Assembly (NCBI GenBank): GCA_964057225.1
Contig: OZ059898.1
Span: forward strand, 5,208,001 to 5,272,000
DNA: 64,000 nt
Direction of reading: 5' to 3'
Source: Auanema rhodensis
Lineage: Eukaryota > Animalia > Nematoda
How positions within the stretch are numbered: the first letter of the stretch is position 1; every line of letters starts with the position of its first letter. The notes beneath the pieces were generated by a model that did no database searches, was not told the DNA's origin, and worked only from the letters and a program-made list of their open reading frames with translations. A program made the translations under genes and the position numbers. Below, piece after piece: positions 13,901 to 22,824 of this stretch.

Positions 13901-16211
13901 CTCATGCAACAAAGAAACATGCAAGATACAGACTGGACAATCTCTCACTATCAGCCCGTACACACAAGAAGCATGCCTAACGTTCACTAACAATCAGAAC
14001 AAGTTCTCCTTTCTGCGCATACAATGGATCAAAACAACATACTTCTGTGAAATCCGTTCACTCTTCTTCACCCGAGCAACCAGTACTCATGTAAAGAATA
14101 GCAAAAGATGCGCAAGAACTGGATCTTGCCAAGAAAACAAATGCAGCACCATTCAATCGGACACCATGGTTCACGAACTAGAACTAGCCAACCAATATCC
14201 TGGATCTACACACTGCACAGAATCCTGCGGAGGATTTGGCTGTGGCTGCTTCTATCCATCTTCAGGATGCCTCTTCTACCGCACCTACATGAAACCTATA
14301 GACAAATCTGTTTACGAAGTCTTTTCATGTAACGAATGGATACCTTCCACACAACTACATATCACCTATCTGAACGGAACCACAACCACTTCACGGAACA
14401 TCACGCTTCATTCGGACATTCAAACAGACGTACATCCTTTCAAATTCTCCGCAATCAGTCTAACACCTCCTATTATTCCAAGAATGCAAGGACAATTTAT
14501 TAGAAATTTGACAAGACTGGCCATATGGAACATGAAGTCTACACTGACATGCTCATCTCATGAAAAAGCAAAGAAATTGGACTGTAAAGCAAACCCTCAG
14601 TGTGAATGCACTCCTGCAGAAGACTCAGTCAACTGCCATTGTGAAAACCAGAACATTCAATCAGTCTTTAACAGTGTTCAAACCATTTTACCTATATTCA
14701 CACCTGCTTACTCAATCGAACAGTCACAACGGAACCTTGAAATCAACATCTATCGCAACATGATGGCAGAAATTTATGTAACAGTGGATGGAATCTTCAA
14801 TGTATCATCATCGCACGACGACTCGACATGTTTAATCCATGACTCAATGGTTAGAGGATGCTACAACTGCCAAAACGGAGCACAAGCCAACATCATATGT
14901 ACTTCACCCATAAATGCTTTAGCTGCCACGAACTGCGGTGACACAGCCTTTATGCTACAATGCAGTCCAAAAGGAACATCAAACAATATTCGATTACCTA
15001 TCACTACAGCATCACCATGGATCAACTGTTCATATTCATGCGGACACAATATACAATATTTCTTTCTAACAGGAATATTATATTACGTCAGCAATATTCA
15101 GGACCTGCAGAAACACTACATAGAAGGAAACCACTCCTCACTTCACGAAACAGCTATTACCTTTCAATGGCCCGATATTACCCATTTCTACAACATCTAC
15201 CTAGGCTGGTACAAAGAAATTGCAATCTGCATCCTTATAGTAATGCTAGCCCTTGCTGTTTCTTATCACATCATCGCGGCTTACGCAACAAAATTCACCG
15301 TCAGCTCCGCCCATGTCATCATTCACCTCGTAAAAATTATTCTCTGGTTACCCATCGCTGTCACCAGCTTCTTCGCCCGCCAGCTCTTTCTTCTATACAA
15401 AAGAAAGACTCACATCCTTCTCGTATTCATACTCACTATAATGTCTATTCCTACTACTCGCTGCTCCGATATTCAAGGTGTCATTGATCGCTCCAATCAT
15501 AGATGCCAGAAATACATCCGACTTCCCTTGGAAAAGAGGACCGAATGCCTCAAAGAACTGACTAGGACCATGGACTCCACCCTGAAGCTTCTCTTTAGCT
15601 TAGAGGAGAACAAGGAAACCCCCACCGGAAAGGTCAACGATGTCGCAGCTAATGCTTTAATAGCATACATCAAGCTCAAAGATTTCCTATCTACAGCTAA
15701 AACATCTTATGTTTTTAATATGGAAAAGGAAAAGCTTAGAATTTTTGGCAATGAGAAGCGCCTCACAGACCTCGTCCGCAACATTCAGAAGGACCATCTT
15801 AGCTCTATCGATCTTAAGAACATGCCTTATGGATTTACAAAGGTCCAGAAGGAAAGGGATCCAGCTCCCACTACAAAGAGCAACATTATAGTCGTAGAAG
15901 CTATGCCCGAACTCAAAAGGATAGATCTCACAACCCGCAACATCGGTGAGGATCTTACAACTTTGACTCGAACTATTATGAGATCAAACAATGACGACAA
16001 AGGCAAGGAAATATTGGATGAACTCCGACAGATCAAGGACCTATTGAAGCAAATGGTCCCAAAGACCATTCAGCCAACCTTATCAAAGGACACCCAAACA
16101 CCACCAAGAAAACTGAGAACAAAAAGGACAGAAACAGACCTACCACCAGCCAAGCAGTCACGAACATCACCCAGTAAGGACAGTACGATCGAGTTCCAGG
16201 ACATCTTCTAA
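7917..16211 (+). CDS. Gag-Pol-Env-X polyprotein (2764 aa)
   Basis: Gag: IPKFDGNIKNWTNFW at ~8500, and three BEL-type Cys/His knuckles at 9135-9323. Protease: ALLDCGSDTSFI at ~9501. RT: IRIVYDAS, ADVQKAFLQI, YVDN at 10725. RNase H: TDSS...AE...SDS...NPADLATRG. Integrase: HH-CC, GLDYFGP, CDNAS, GGFYERLIRSVK. These are followed by Gn/Gc-like glycoproteins and an extra domain. No stops or frameshifts. Confidence 0.97.
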   Translation: MPLLRSPISKDTTAQNMVHQAEPSEAARAEAWIGKCYQLLEKIRESDNKRKSFVNRTVNYHSNRASNMIEIRLTEIRSIQEDTEAIQNLIEEMRNITDNLTAEDQERLTANECTLRRHIKSLTDYKIHIEGQIEFLRNSRQDQDLRGTIPRLQTPQLEESIGGFPSNQDTNINQGHPMIVQDNYRYRQTVKPVDIPKFDGNIKNWTNFWTLFNRLIHTANIQDIEKFNYLRQSLTGEAASLISSFSTDEESYHPAVSYLRSVYDHEDKILRYLMLDFIQLKAQSPSNKDLLLLMRKINGIARQTERNNEAALNALAIVLIQQKLPGHILQEVYRSGSNSNMNWRQLVDNTEKYLQHEQEVKNISSDLQTKPVPRTMHQSYNRQNFVTNNRPKPDNKKPSGKQTSNSCIFCQKPHAPWTCDTPKTRKERLTILNQDKRCINCLRKSHATEACPSKRLCSNCGGKHIDLLCLKKKTTKVNLTNSFPMEDEDEEEHVIQFSTQTKTNQYHSALLPIGQIELLHKDRTISIPALLDCGSDTSFIDEDLSKELELPIVESKRVKIKTFGNTASIERLNKVETMFKGHNSHILAQLWTKKVLTGPISTVRFSKPTNTCYKLNKNMKITPRILIGSDLMWQALISVEPLSKEHMVVHTQFGDFITGQATNQKSLNAHSVISEDLSISIPIWNKSFVEEQSEFTGTEAEEKTARDKLILDQFKETIQQKEDGYYVSFPWKDNAHLLPDNKVLALKRLTSLVLKLSQQPTLLEGYNKIIEEQLDLGIIEEAKDPYPNAYRIHYIAHQAVVTPQKETTKIRIVYDASGHYQNKPSLNDVIHQGPLILPSLIGMILRFRCGNTAMIADVQKAFLQIRLHESERDATRFFWLRDIHQPLSTDNTRTLRFCRVPFGINASPFLLGATIRHHLQKKSSESLLAHKIKDNLYVDNLLLASDSADQVRMWYSETKDIFQEMNMKLQEFISNDQIFNSNLTPEERNASTTPKILGLPWDTLSDQWIIQAQIPETKLTKRGVTQAIASIFDPMGMICPSLHPLRIFLQNLWTESFDWDTTLPMEIQTRWKQLCENFHINIRIPRPLPSDTNGQYHLVTCTDSSGNALGFCCYLIAASTRQLALIFAKSKLHSKNSTITIPKAEISALTIGVFNTLKIVKEIQDNIKILTATFLSDSEITLAWIRKKPDQKTTGVLVQNRIKEISNHIEELEDLDIKTSFGYIHTKDNPADLATRGCTTEELEDHFWWNPKAQLEKALNGPLFSLCDEEIRIHAATTETSDEEPWISDCSSWIEAQQKWISVHYPLTTTHTPSMYEEAETNLLHLHQNNLMVRLSAAQRNDLRPLLRNHLWYSRGRMNNAELEESAKLPIIILPKTKTARLLIEHVHGQLHKNTAHTMADIRQKYWIPQLRSQTQSVIRKCPDCQKMNNRPYIYPPSGDVPSRRIRKSRPFQHVGLDYFGPITTQDRNQKAWGCIYTCTVTRLIHLEVIEDLTTKSFLSCLRKIWARRGCPESITCDNASTFELGQKIANKLIVTATTNTSENQHRIKWYNITPYAPWQGGFYERLIRSVKNALYKTLHGTPSTEELSITLAECEATINTRPLTYIGSDTTRDEIIRPCDFIHKDIDLNIYIESEDEDSEYIDNPALQTQADTELALHSSRKRTNKFWELWSELYLKELRESHHHTISVKKAGTNTKPEIGQIVLINDSPIPRHKWPTGRITNIHPDSAGNIREVTLLSENGRELKRPVNLLHPMELSTDNIPQTLQKLETISPAVTQRQQNPRNLERKWYGETASILTLLTIFTIFLPTTMANPTISCNPKGVLIQGMNTDNQQVCSHNTCYNSSEGGLITLPLEDILSDYEVTWTFNHNSRLQYMTLNCPAVHFCSTVSCTFCSATLFNPSCWPWTSMLLFSFITYIITAICYGLLHSPWVIGKAIRLWTNFIYAICTSLFGQLYIRTNRFNKKTVIPLITLLLIHQSMACQELSMSTSQESSCNKETCKIQTGQSLTISPYTQEACLTFTNNQNKFSFLRIQWIKTTYFCEIRSLFFTRATSTHVKNSKRCARTGSCQENKCSTIQSDTMVHELELANQYPGSTHCTESCGGFGCGCFYPSSGCLFYRTYMKPIDKSVYEVFSCNEWIPSTQLHITYLNGTTTTSRNITLHSDIQTDVHPFKFSAISLTPPIIPRMQGQFIRNLTRLAIWNMKSTLTCSSHEKAKKLDCKANPQCECTPAEDSVNCHCENQNIQSVFNSVQTILPIFTPAYSIEQSQRNLEINIYRNMMAEIYVTVDGIFNVSSSHDDSTCLIHDSMVRGCYNCQNGAQANIICTSPINALAATNCGDTAFMLQCSPKGTSNNIRLPITTASPWINCSYSCGHNIQYFFLTGILYYVSNIQDLQKHYIEGNHSSLHETAITFQWPDITHFYNIYLGWYKEIAICILIVMLALAVSYHIIAAYATKFTVSSAHVIIHLVKIILWLPIAVTSFFARQLFLLYKRKTHILLVFILTIMSIPTTRCSDIQGVIDRSNHRCQKYIRLPLEKRTECLKELTRTMDSTLKLLFSLEENKETPTGKVNDVAANALIAYIKLKDFLSTAKTSYVFNMEKEKLRIFGNEKRLTDLVRNIQKDHLSSIDLKNMPYGFTKVQKERDPAPTTKSNIIVVEAMPELKRIDLTTRNIGEDLTTLTRTIMRSNNDDKGKEILDELRQIKDLLKQMVPKTIQPTLSKDTQTPPRKLRTKRTETDLPPAKQSRTSPSKDSTIEFQDIF
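7966..7980 (+). promoter_or_regulatory. Primer-binding site, probably tRNA-Gly
   Basis: TGGTGCATCAGGCCG directly follows the LTR-terminal CA. TGGTGCATC is complementary to the ...GAUGCACCA 3' end of tRNA-Gly(GCC). Confidence 0.75.
13305..15284 (+). other. Env region of the polyprotein: signal + mini-Gn + TM + signal + Gc (class II fusion protein) + TM
   Basis: Signal-like segments SILTLLTIFTIFLPTTMA and VIPLITLLLIHQSMA|C. KRCARTGSCQENKC and the fusion loop ESCGGFGCGCFYPSSGCLFYR (14220-14282) parallel phlebovirus Gc (CGGWGCGCF...CLF). TM anchor at 15219-15284. Confidence 0.92.
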
Positions 16212-16225
16212 CTCGTCGGCCGGAG
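16212..16225 (+). promoter_or_regulatory. Short GC-rich PPT-equivalent (CGGCCGGAG)
   Basis: Only 14 bp separate the ORF stop from the 3' LTR. GGCCGGAG abuts the LTR TG and resembles BEL-type plus-strand primers. Confidence 0.55.
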
Positions 16226-16657
16226 TGTGCTTGAGCACTCTATATTCCTAAAAAACCTTAAAAACTCTATCTTTTTCTAATACTTCGTAATTCTTTATAA
16301 ATCTCTTTTAACTGATCAATATTCGTGTAAGTTGAACCTAAGGCTCTTTTTACTCATGACTCATAGGCTACTCATCCCCCACGCATATCTCCGCAGAATA
16401 AGCATGAGATAACGCTTGCTTCTCCTCCCCCTTTTTGTATCTCTGAATTCTCTAAGTTAACATTATATCTTGCCTCTCGCGTTAGTATATAAGCCGAGAG
16501 GATTCCTCAAATTCTCATGTGTCAATAGTGTAAAAGAATTTATTCTTGTTACCGTTGCATAATAAATATTCTCTCCATATTCTCTTCGATCAAGAGCACT
16601 ACAAAAATCTACCACTGAACCAACTATGCCACTGCTCCGCTCACCCATTTCTAAGGA
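16226..16657 (+). repeat. 3' LTR, lacking the terminal 17 bp
   Basis: Matches the 5' LTR up to ...TTCTAAGGA, then diverges (AAAAGTTCAT instead of CACGACGGCGCAAAACA). Confidence 0.93.
16561..16566 (+). terminator. LTR polyadenylation signal AATAAA (5' copy at 7852-7857)
   Basis: AATAAA downstream of the TATA box in both LTRs. Confidence 0.65.
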
Positions 16658-19600
16658 AAAAGTTCATATTTCGTGCAAATATCATGATATTCTTATAAAA
16701 TTTCAATAATACTATTATGTATATATATATAGTATAGAGTATATAGTATATAATAAATATTATTATAAAATAAAATTGTTAATTTTTATTAAATCACCAA
16801 CTTTGCAGCAAAACTTGTAGCAGAATATAACTAATTAATAATAAAAAAAAATAGTAAAAGAACGATTTGAGGACGTATTCTAACAGAAAAAATTATTATT
16901 TTTGACAAAATTTTTCTTTTTTTTTTGCAATTTAGCTTGCTGTTTTCTTTAAAAATCCTTTCACATTTTGGTGAATAGAAGTCATTTAAAGCATGTAAGC
17001 TGACAAGGGTAAGTCGAAAAAAGAGATGAAGAAAAGAAAAGAAGTTGATGAATAAAATGTTTCATTTCACAAGAAAATTGTGAGATTAATAGTAGTTATG
17101 TAGATAGGAAAATTTCAATTATAATTATTAAAAAAAATAAGTTTCAATAGAATTCTATACAGATATGATAAAGATTAATGAAATATAATCAAATTTAATA
17201 TAATATATATATGATATGTATATAGTACATAAATACTTTTCTATATAATACTTTATACTATATATTATATGTATATATGATTCTATATATATATATATAT
17301 ATATATATAGTATTTCTGATTTCATTTGTCTTTTATGTATTTTTCAATAAACCCATTCGTCAATTAGAAGCAATTTGCAGAGAACGGCCAAATGATGTCT
17401 GAGGTAAATGTGCTATGAACGACAGCTTTTAGCTTAAGATGCACTAAGCTTTTGAACTTGTATCGTTGAGATCCGCCATCAAGAGAAAAAAATGAAATTC
17501 TATTTAGAGATGCTTAGATATGAATGTAGAAATGAGAGAAAATAGAGAGGGAAAGATAGAGAGAGAGGGAGTGTGGGAGAGAGAGATATGCCCATCTCGG
17601 TGAAGCCCGGAAAACAAAGTCGAAAATCGATAGTTGGGTGAAAATGAAGAAAAAATGATGGAGACTAACTAAGATAGAGGGAATGAAATGAAAAGAGAAT
17701 CTACCTATTCGGAAAAGACTCACACTATCAGCCTCCACCTTGAAATAAAAATAAGAAAGAGGTGTAAACAAATAATAAAATGATGAACATCAAGAGATAT
17801 ATTGAGAGCCACAACATGAAGTTGACGTAGCAAACGAAGACATAAACGGAAATTTTCACAGATAGAGAAAAGATGAAAGAGATGTAGAGAGGTAAGATTG
17901 GGTTAAAGAGGAGAAACGAAAAATTGTGGGAATAAGAAGAGAAAAACCCAGAGTAACCACTAAGTGCGCTCATTCAAACTAAAATGACTGCCTCACGGAA
18001 TTTTACGTGAAATTCAGAACAACAGCACGAGATGTACTATTCCTTTGAATTATACGGAATGTTTTTATTCAAATTATTTCCATAGTTCAACATATAATAG
18101 TAAAAAACAAAAAAAAAGTTTATTAAAAGTAAAAGAAAACAGAAAAAATTATTTCAAAAAATCAAAATTCAAAAAAAATAAAGTTTAATTTTTTTTTAAA
18201 TTATAAAAGTAAAAATAACATATTTTCTTGAATTAAAAGAAAAAAATCTTTTTAGAAGAATTGTAATGAACGTTGAATGTGACAAGAAATTAATGGTTTT
18301 CTTCTTAAGATGTTGATGATAATGACAACATCAACAACTACTGATATGAAGGGTCAAAGAATTTATTCTTCCTAACTTGATATTTAAAATTTTTTTTAGT
18401 AAAAACTATAATTTAAATATATGAATAATATTCAAATACTAAATCTATTTATTTATTTATAATAAAATATTAGAAAATAAGTAATTTTTCATCGAATTTA
18501 TCTCTATTTGACTCACGTGGTTCAAACATTTCGTTGATCATGTACCCTGGTCCGCAATAACATGAGGAGAATGAACGAAAAGCGAACAGAAAAGCGAAAG
18601 ATGGAAAGATATGGAGAGAAGGAAGAATAAAACATGTATAGATCACATGGCCTCAAGACATGATGCATAACGAAAGAAAAGTTGAAATATATTTTTTTTA
18701 AATTTTGGAAGAGGGATCTAGATAAGTGAGGCGATAGTTTCAGTCGTATATATTATGCTTTTCATAACTGTCATCATATTTTCTTTATAAATAAGTATAA
18801 TATTAAATGAAAAATGTACTTATTATCATATATTATATATATATATATATATAGACATATATTTATATAAAATAATTTTAAAGAAAAAAAAAGATTTTTA
18901 CAATTAATTGTTTGAAAAAAAAAAATACGGATGTCATATGATTGAAATGAACTTATAACTGGCCTATTTCAAAGTCTCGTGATGACAATGAATTACGAAC
19001 GAGAAACAGGATTAGCTCAATGAACTCCCATGTCTATTTGATTTCGTAAACCGAAGAAAACAAAATATTTTTGTTTTATCTATATACAATACATGAATAT
19101 TTTAAGAAAATCTAGAATCAAAATGTTTATGGTAATAAATGATTTTCTTGACTTCATTTTCAGATATTTTTAACGATTTCTTACTAATGAAATAGATAAA
19201 GAAATATAATAAATGATTAGAATACTTTTGATATTATATATGATAATAAGAAAATATATAATATTTATAATAACATGAATTATATAACTGAAATATGGGT
19301 CTTCAATACTCGGATTATATTCTACTTCTCAATGCTCATACATACTATGTATGTATGTATATACATATAGTATGTTGAATAAAAATAATATTGTTTTCTT
19401 GTCATTTTTTTTTCAAGAAAAATGGTTTATACTTTGATATTTAAAAGAAATCAGTTATTATAATTTGTTTATAATTAAGAAGAATATACACATAATATTC
19501 AGAATATATTCATGTATTATACATAAATATAAATGTTGATAAGAATATTTATATAACTTAAAATATATTTATTATTCTCAAATATAATCTTTTTTTAATT

Positions 19601-19873
19601 TTCTTATTCAATTTCTAATGATTTCATGATTTTACATGATAAAACTAAATATAAACATGTCAAAAGGGGAGGGAAGACCATTTTACCCTATTACTATTTG
19701 AACCACATGTAAGATGTAATTATCATCTCTTCACTATTTATTCACAACATGAAGACAAAAATAGGAAATTTTTTGGAATGAAATAAAAGGATTGTAAGTT
19801 AACTATATATATTTTGTTTTTGGTTTTTATATCAGTCATTCGTTCATAAAAGAGAAAATGAAGCGAAAAAAAA

Positions 19874-19905
<32 letters not shown>

Positions 19906-22789
19906 TAGGGAAATTTGCTCAAATAGATGTTATATATATACTATATATACTATATATATATATAAATAAATATATATACTTATGTTACCTATAAGGCTTT
20001 ACTTTATCTATTATTTGAATCTTTTCCTTATATAAAAACATCTTTTCAACCTTATTTTAATCAAAATAAGAAGAAAGTTAGTGAAAATCAATGTAATACC
20101 TATTTCTTGTTATAATTATTACTTTAGATCATTTTTGAAATTCAAGTTGTATGCAAAAGGAAGTTTGCTCAAATCGTTAATCGTTAAAGATTAACAAGAA
20201 AACTGCCGGAGGGTTTTTTGACTTTAAAGACAGACTGAGAATTGAATGTAGATATGTGTGGAAATAGAAAACAAGTAGAACCAGCTGGAATATAGCACGA
20301 AAATTTACTTTTATTACAAGAAATAAGCAGAAAGAATGAAAAATTTTCAAGTTTTTTCAGTAGATTGCTGGCTCTGAAGTTCCAATGATTGGTCAAAGGC
20401 TGCAAGATGTAAAATCAGTCAAACAACTTCAGCTGTTGTGACCAACTACCTCTGGGGATTGGGAGGAGAGGGAAGTATACGAAGAGAACAGACAAAATAA
20501 TAATAACAACAACAAGGATAGAAGTATAGAAAATGGAAGAGAAAGCCGAGATGATGAATATGAAGGAAAGAGAATATTGCAGAGAGTGTGGAAGAAAGAG
20601 AAGAACGGTAATCGGTAGCCGATGGAATGAAATAGAAAGGGAAAAAGAATCAAAAGTAGAATCTGAAGCTGAAGGCAAGTAGCCAAATGGGAAAATATAT
20701 AGCCATTTCGTCGCATTTCTGAGATATTGGGAGAACACAAGGTTTTGATTTGCATCCTTCAGCTAGAATATGAGAACATAACCTCTTGTGACTGGTAGGA
20801 ATCGAATAAGGAGATGAAGCTATAAAATAGGAACGGACTAAAAACATTGTCTAACTTCGAATACGAGAAATTCTGGAAATGGATACCGAAAGATAAGGCT
20901 AAGGCATGCGAAGTAGTAGTAGCCTTAGAATAGACAGCAGAATGAATGTCTAAAAATGGAATCGTGAGGAGAGAAGGGAAGGAAAGAAGGAAAAAGGACG
21001 TAGAGAATAAAAAGGGAGATACAAAGAGTGTATATGCAATAGAGAGAGGAAAATGACAAAAAGTTACCCGACATATGGAAAAATAGAGAGAGAGAGATAC
21101 TGAGAAAGAGAGGCAACAGAGAGAATGGGATGGAGTCAAAGAGATAGAGAGATAGAGAGATAGAGAGAGAAATAAGACTAAAAGTAAAATAGAAGGAGTG
21201 TAAGCTGTGGTCACATCAAATGGCAAGCTTTATGGACATCACATGATAGTCAACATTGAAAAGAAAATTTCGTGTGTTGGAAAATAACAACAAACAATGA
21301 TTTTGAATTGTGGAAAAACGAACGAAAAGAAGAGAATTAACGAAAAAGCAGATTAAGCGGTCAATTCATATGAATACATTTATGATTAAACGCAATGAAT
21401 TTTAAGAAAAAAAAATATTTACAGTGAATAAATATTGTTTTTTTTTTCTGTTGAAAACAAACATATTATAATCATGTCAAATTTAAAATAAATATGTATA
21501 GTATATTTTAAATTTTTATTCAAAACTTATACAAAAAATATTATAGTTTATAACTATAAACCTGTGACATCTTTTATGAATGTCACATTGTCGATAATCA
21601 AATAAAGCTATATATGGTATGTATACTATACATATAATATATAATATTTTTAAAAAAAATAATAATTTTTGTATATAATCATTGTACTTAGAAATGAATA
21701 AAATTGAATATAACATAATGATTTCAGATACTCTGACCGATATACAATTCATAGTTAAGTTTATATATACATCCTAGTAATAGTATGTACATTTAATATC
21801 GAAAACTGGAACATGATTCGACCTTTACAAGCCAATTTGATGGATCAATTTCGGACAATATGGATGATGATTTTTCGTTTTAAATTTCACTATTGTATAG
21901 TAAGTATACGGTAACTTTTATTACTCATTTTAACTTATTAAAAAAATTAATTAGTATCTGTTGATGAATTTATTTGTAAAAATAAATTTCAAATAAAAGT
22001 TATTTTATTATAATTTCTAAGAGAAAAAATTAAAATCTCCTATTTTCTATTTAGTATTTACATGTGACAACACGAGGTGCTTATTTATATTTTTGGCATT
22101 ACTATTCAATAATATATTTTGAATATTTTATATAGTATAATGTAATAATATCCATGAACTCCAGAGATTCAATATCTTGTATTCACTTCATCAAAAAATT
22201 GATTTTTCTTTTTCTTTTAACAATATAGAACTAATCTAAAAACAGACATTCGAGATTAAAGCTTGCAGTTCAGAATTGCGTAAATACACAAAAGCATAGT
22301 GTAAACAGCGTACACATTGTATTTCTGAGACATGTCTCCTGGCAAATAACGGGAGAATGACCAGAAAGAGGTAGGAAAATAGTTCGAGAATGAGTGAAAG
22401 AGGATAACAGAGGGGAGAAGGCGAAAATTGTGAATGAGGATGTAACAAGACATTAGAAAATGGAGAGCGAAAAGAGCGAAGAGAGCATCAGAGAAGGTTG
22501 TTGAGAGAGGAAGCCGAGAAGACTATTTGCCGGACATGGACATTTTCTATACGAATATATTACGAAGTATATTACTATTGATGATGTTCATGTTTATTAT
22601 TTTATTTATCTTTTTTTTCGCGCCTTCTCTACTAACTTTGTAAAAAAAATTGGCCAGTTAGTAGATTCGTTTCAACGATTTCGGGATACACGAGCTCATG
22701 ATGTCATATAGTTGATTCTATAGTAGTACACTTAAAATAGTTAAAGAAGCACTATGGTAAGCTTGTATATTTATCCAATTCAATTGTTC

Positions 22790-22824
22790 CAGTCAGTCAG
22801 TCAGTCAGTCAGTCAGTCAGTCAG
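22790..22824. repeat. (CAGT)n microsatellite
   Basis: 8+ perfect units. Confidence 0.9.

Larger units (their letters stand above)
7517..16657 (+). mobile_element. Full-length BEL/Pao (Belpaoviridae) LTR retrotransposon / endogenous virus with phlebovirus-like env
   Basis: Two direct repeats starting TGTGCTTGAG at 7517 and 16226, a PBS after the 5' LTR, a PPT-like tract before the 3' LTR, and one uninterrupted polyprotein ORF between them with BEL domain order and motifs. Confidence 0.97.

Noticed and set aside
8394-16069. Short antisense and alternative-frame ORFs within the retroelement
   Set aside because: Expected shadows of a long biased ORF. Only 14960-15487 is long enough to keep.
16212-16225. 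Element-encoded tRNA primer or separate 3' ORF between env and the LTR
   Set aside because: Only 14 bp are available and I see no tRNA-like sequence.
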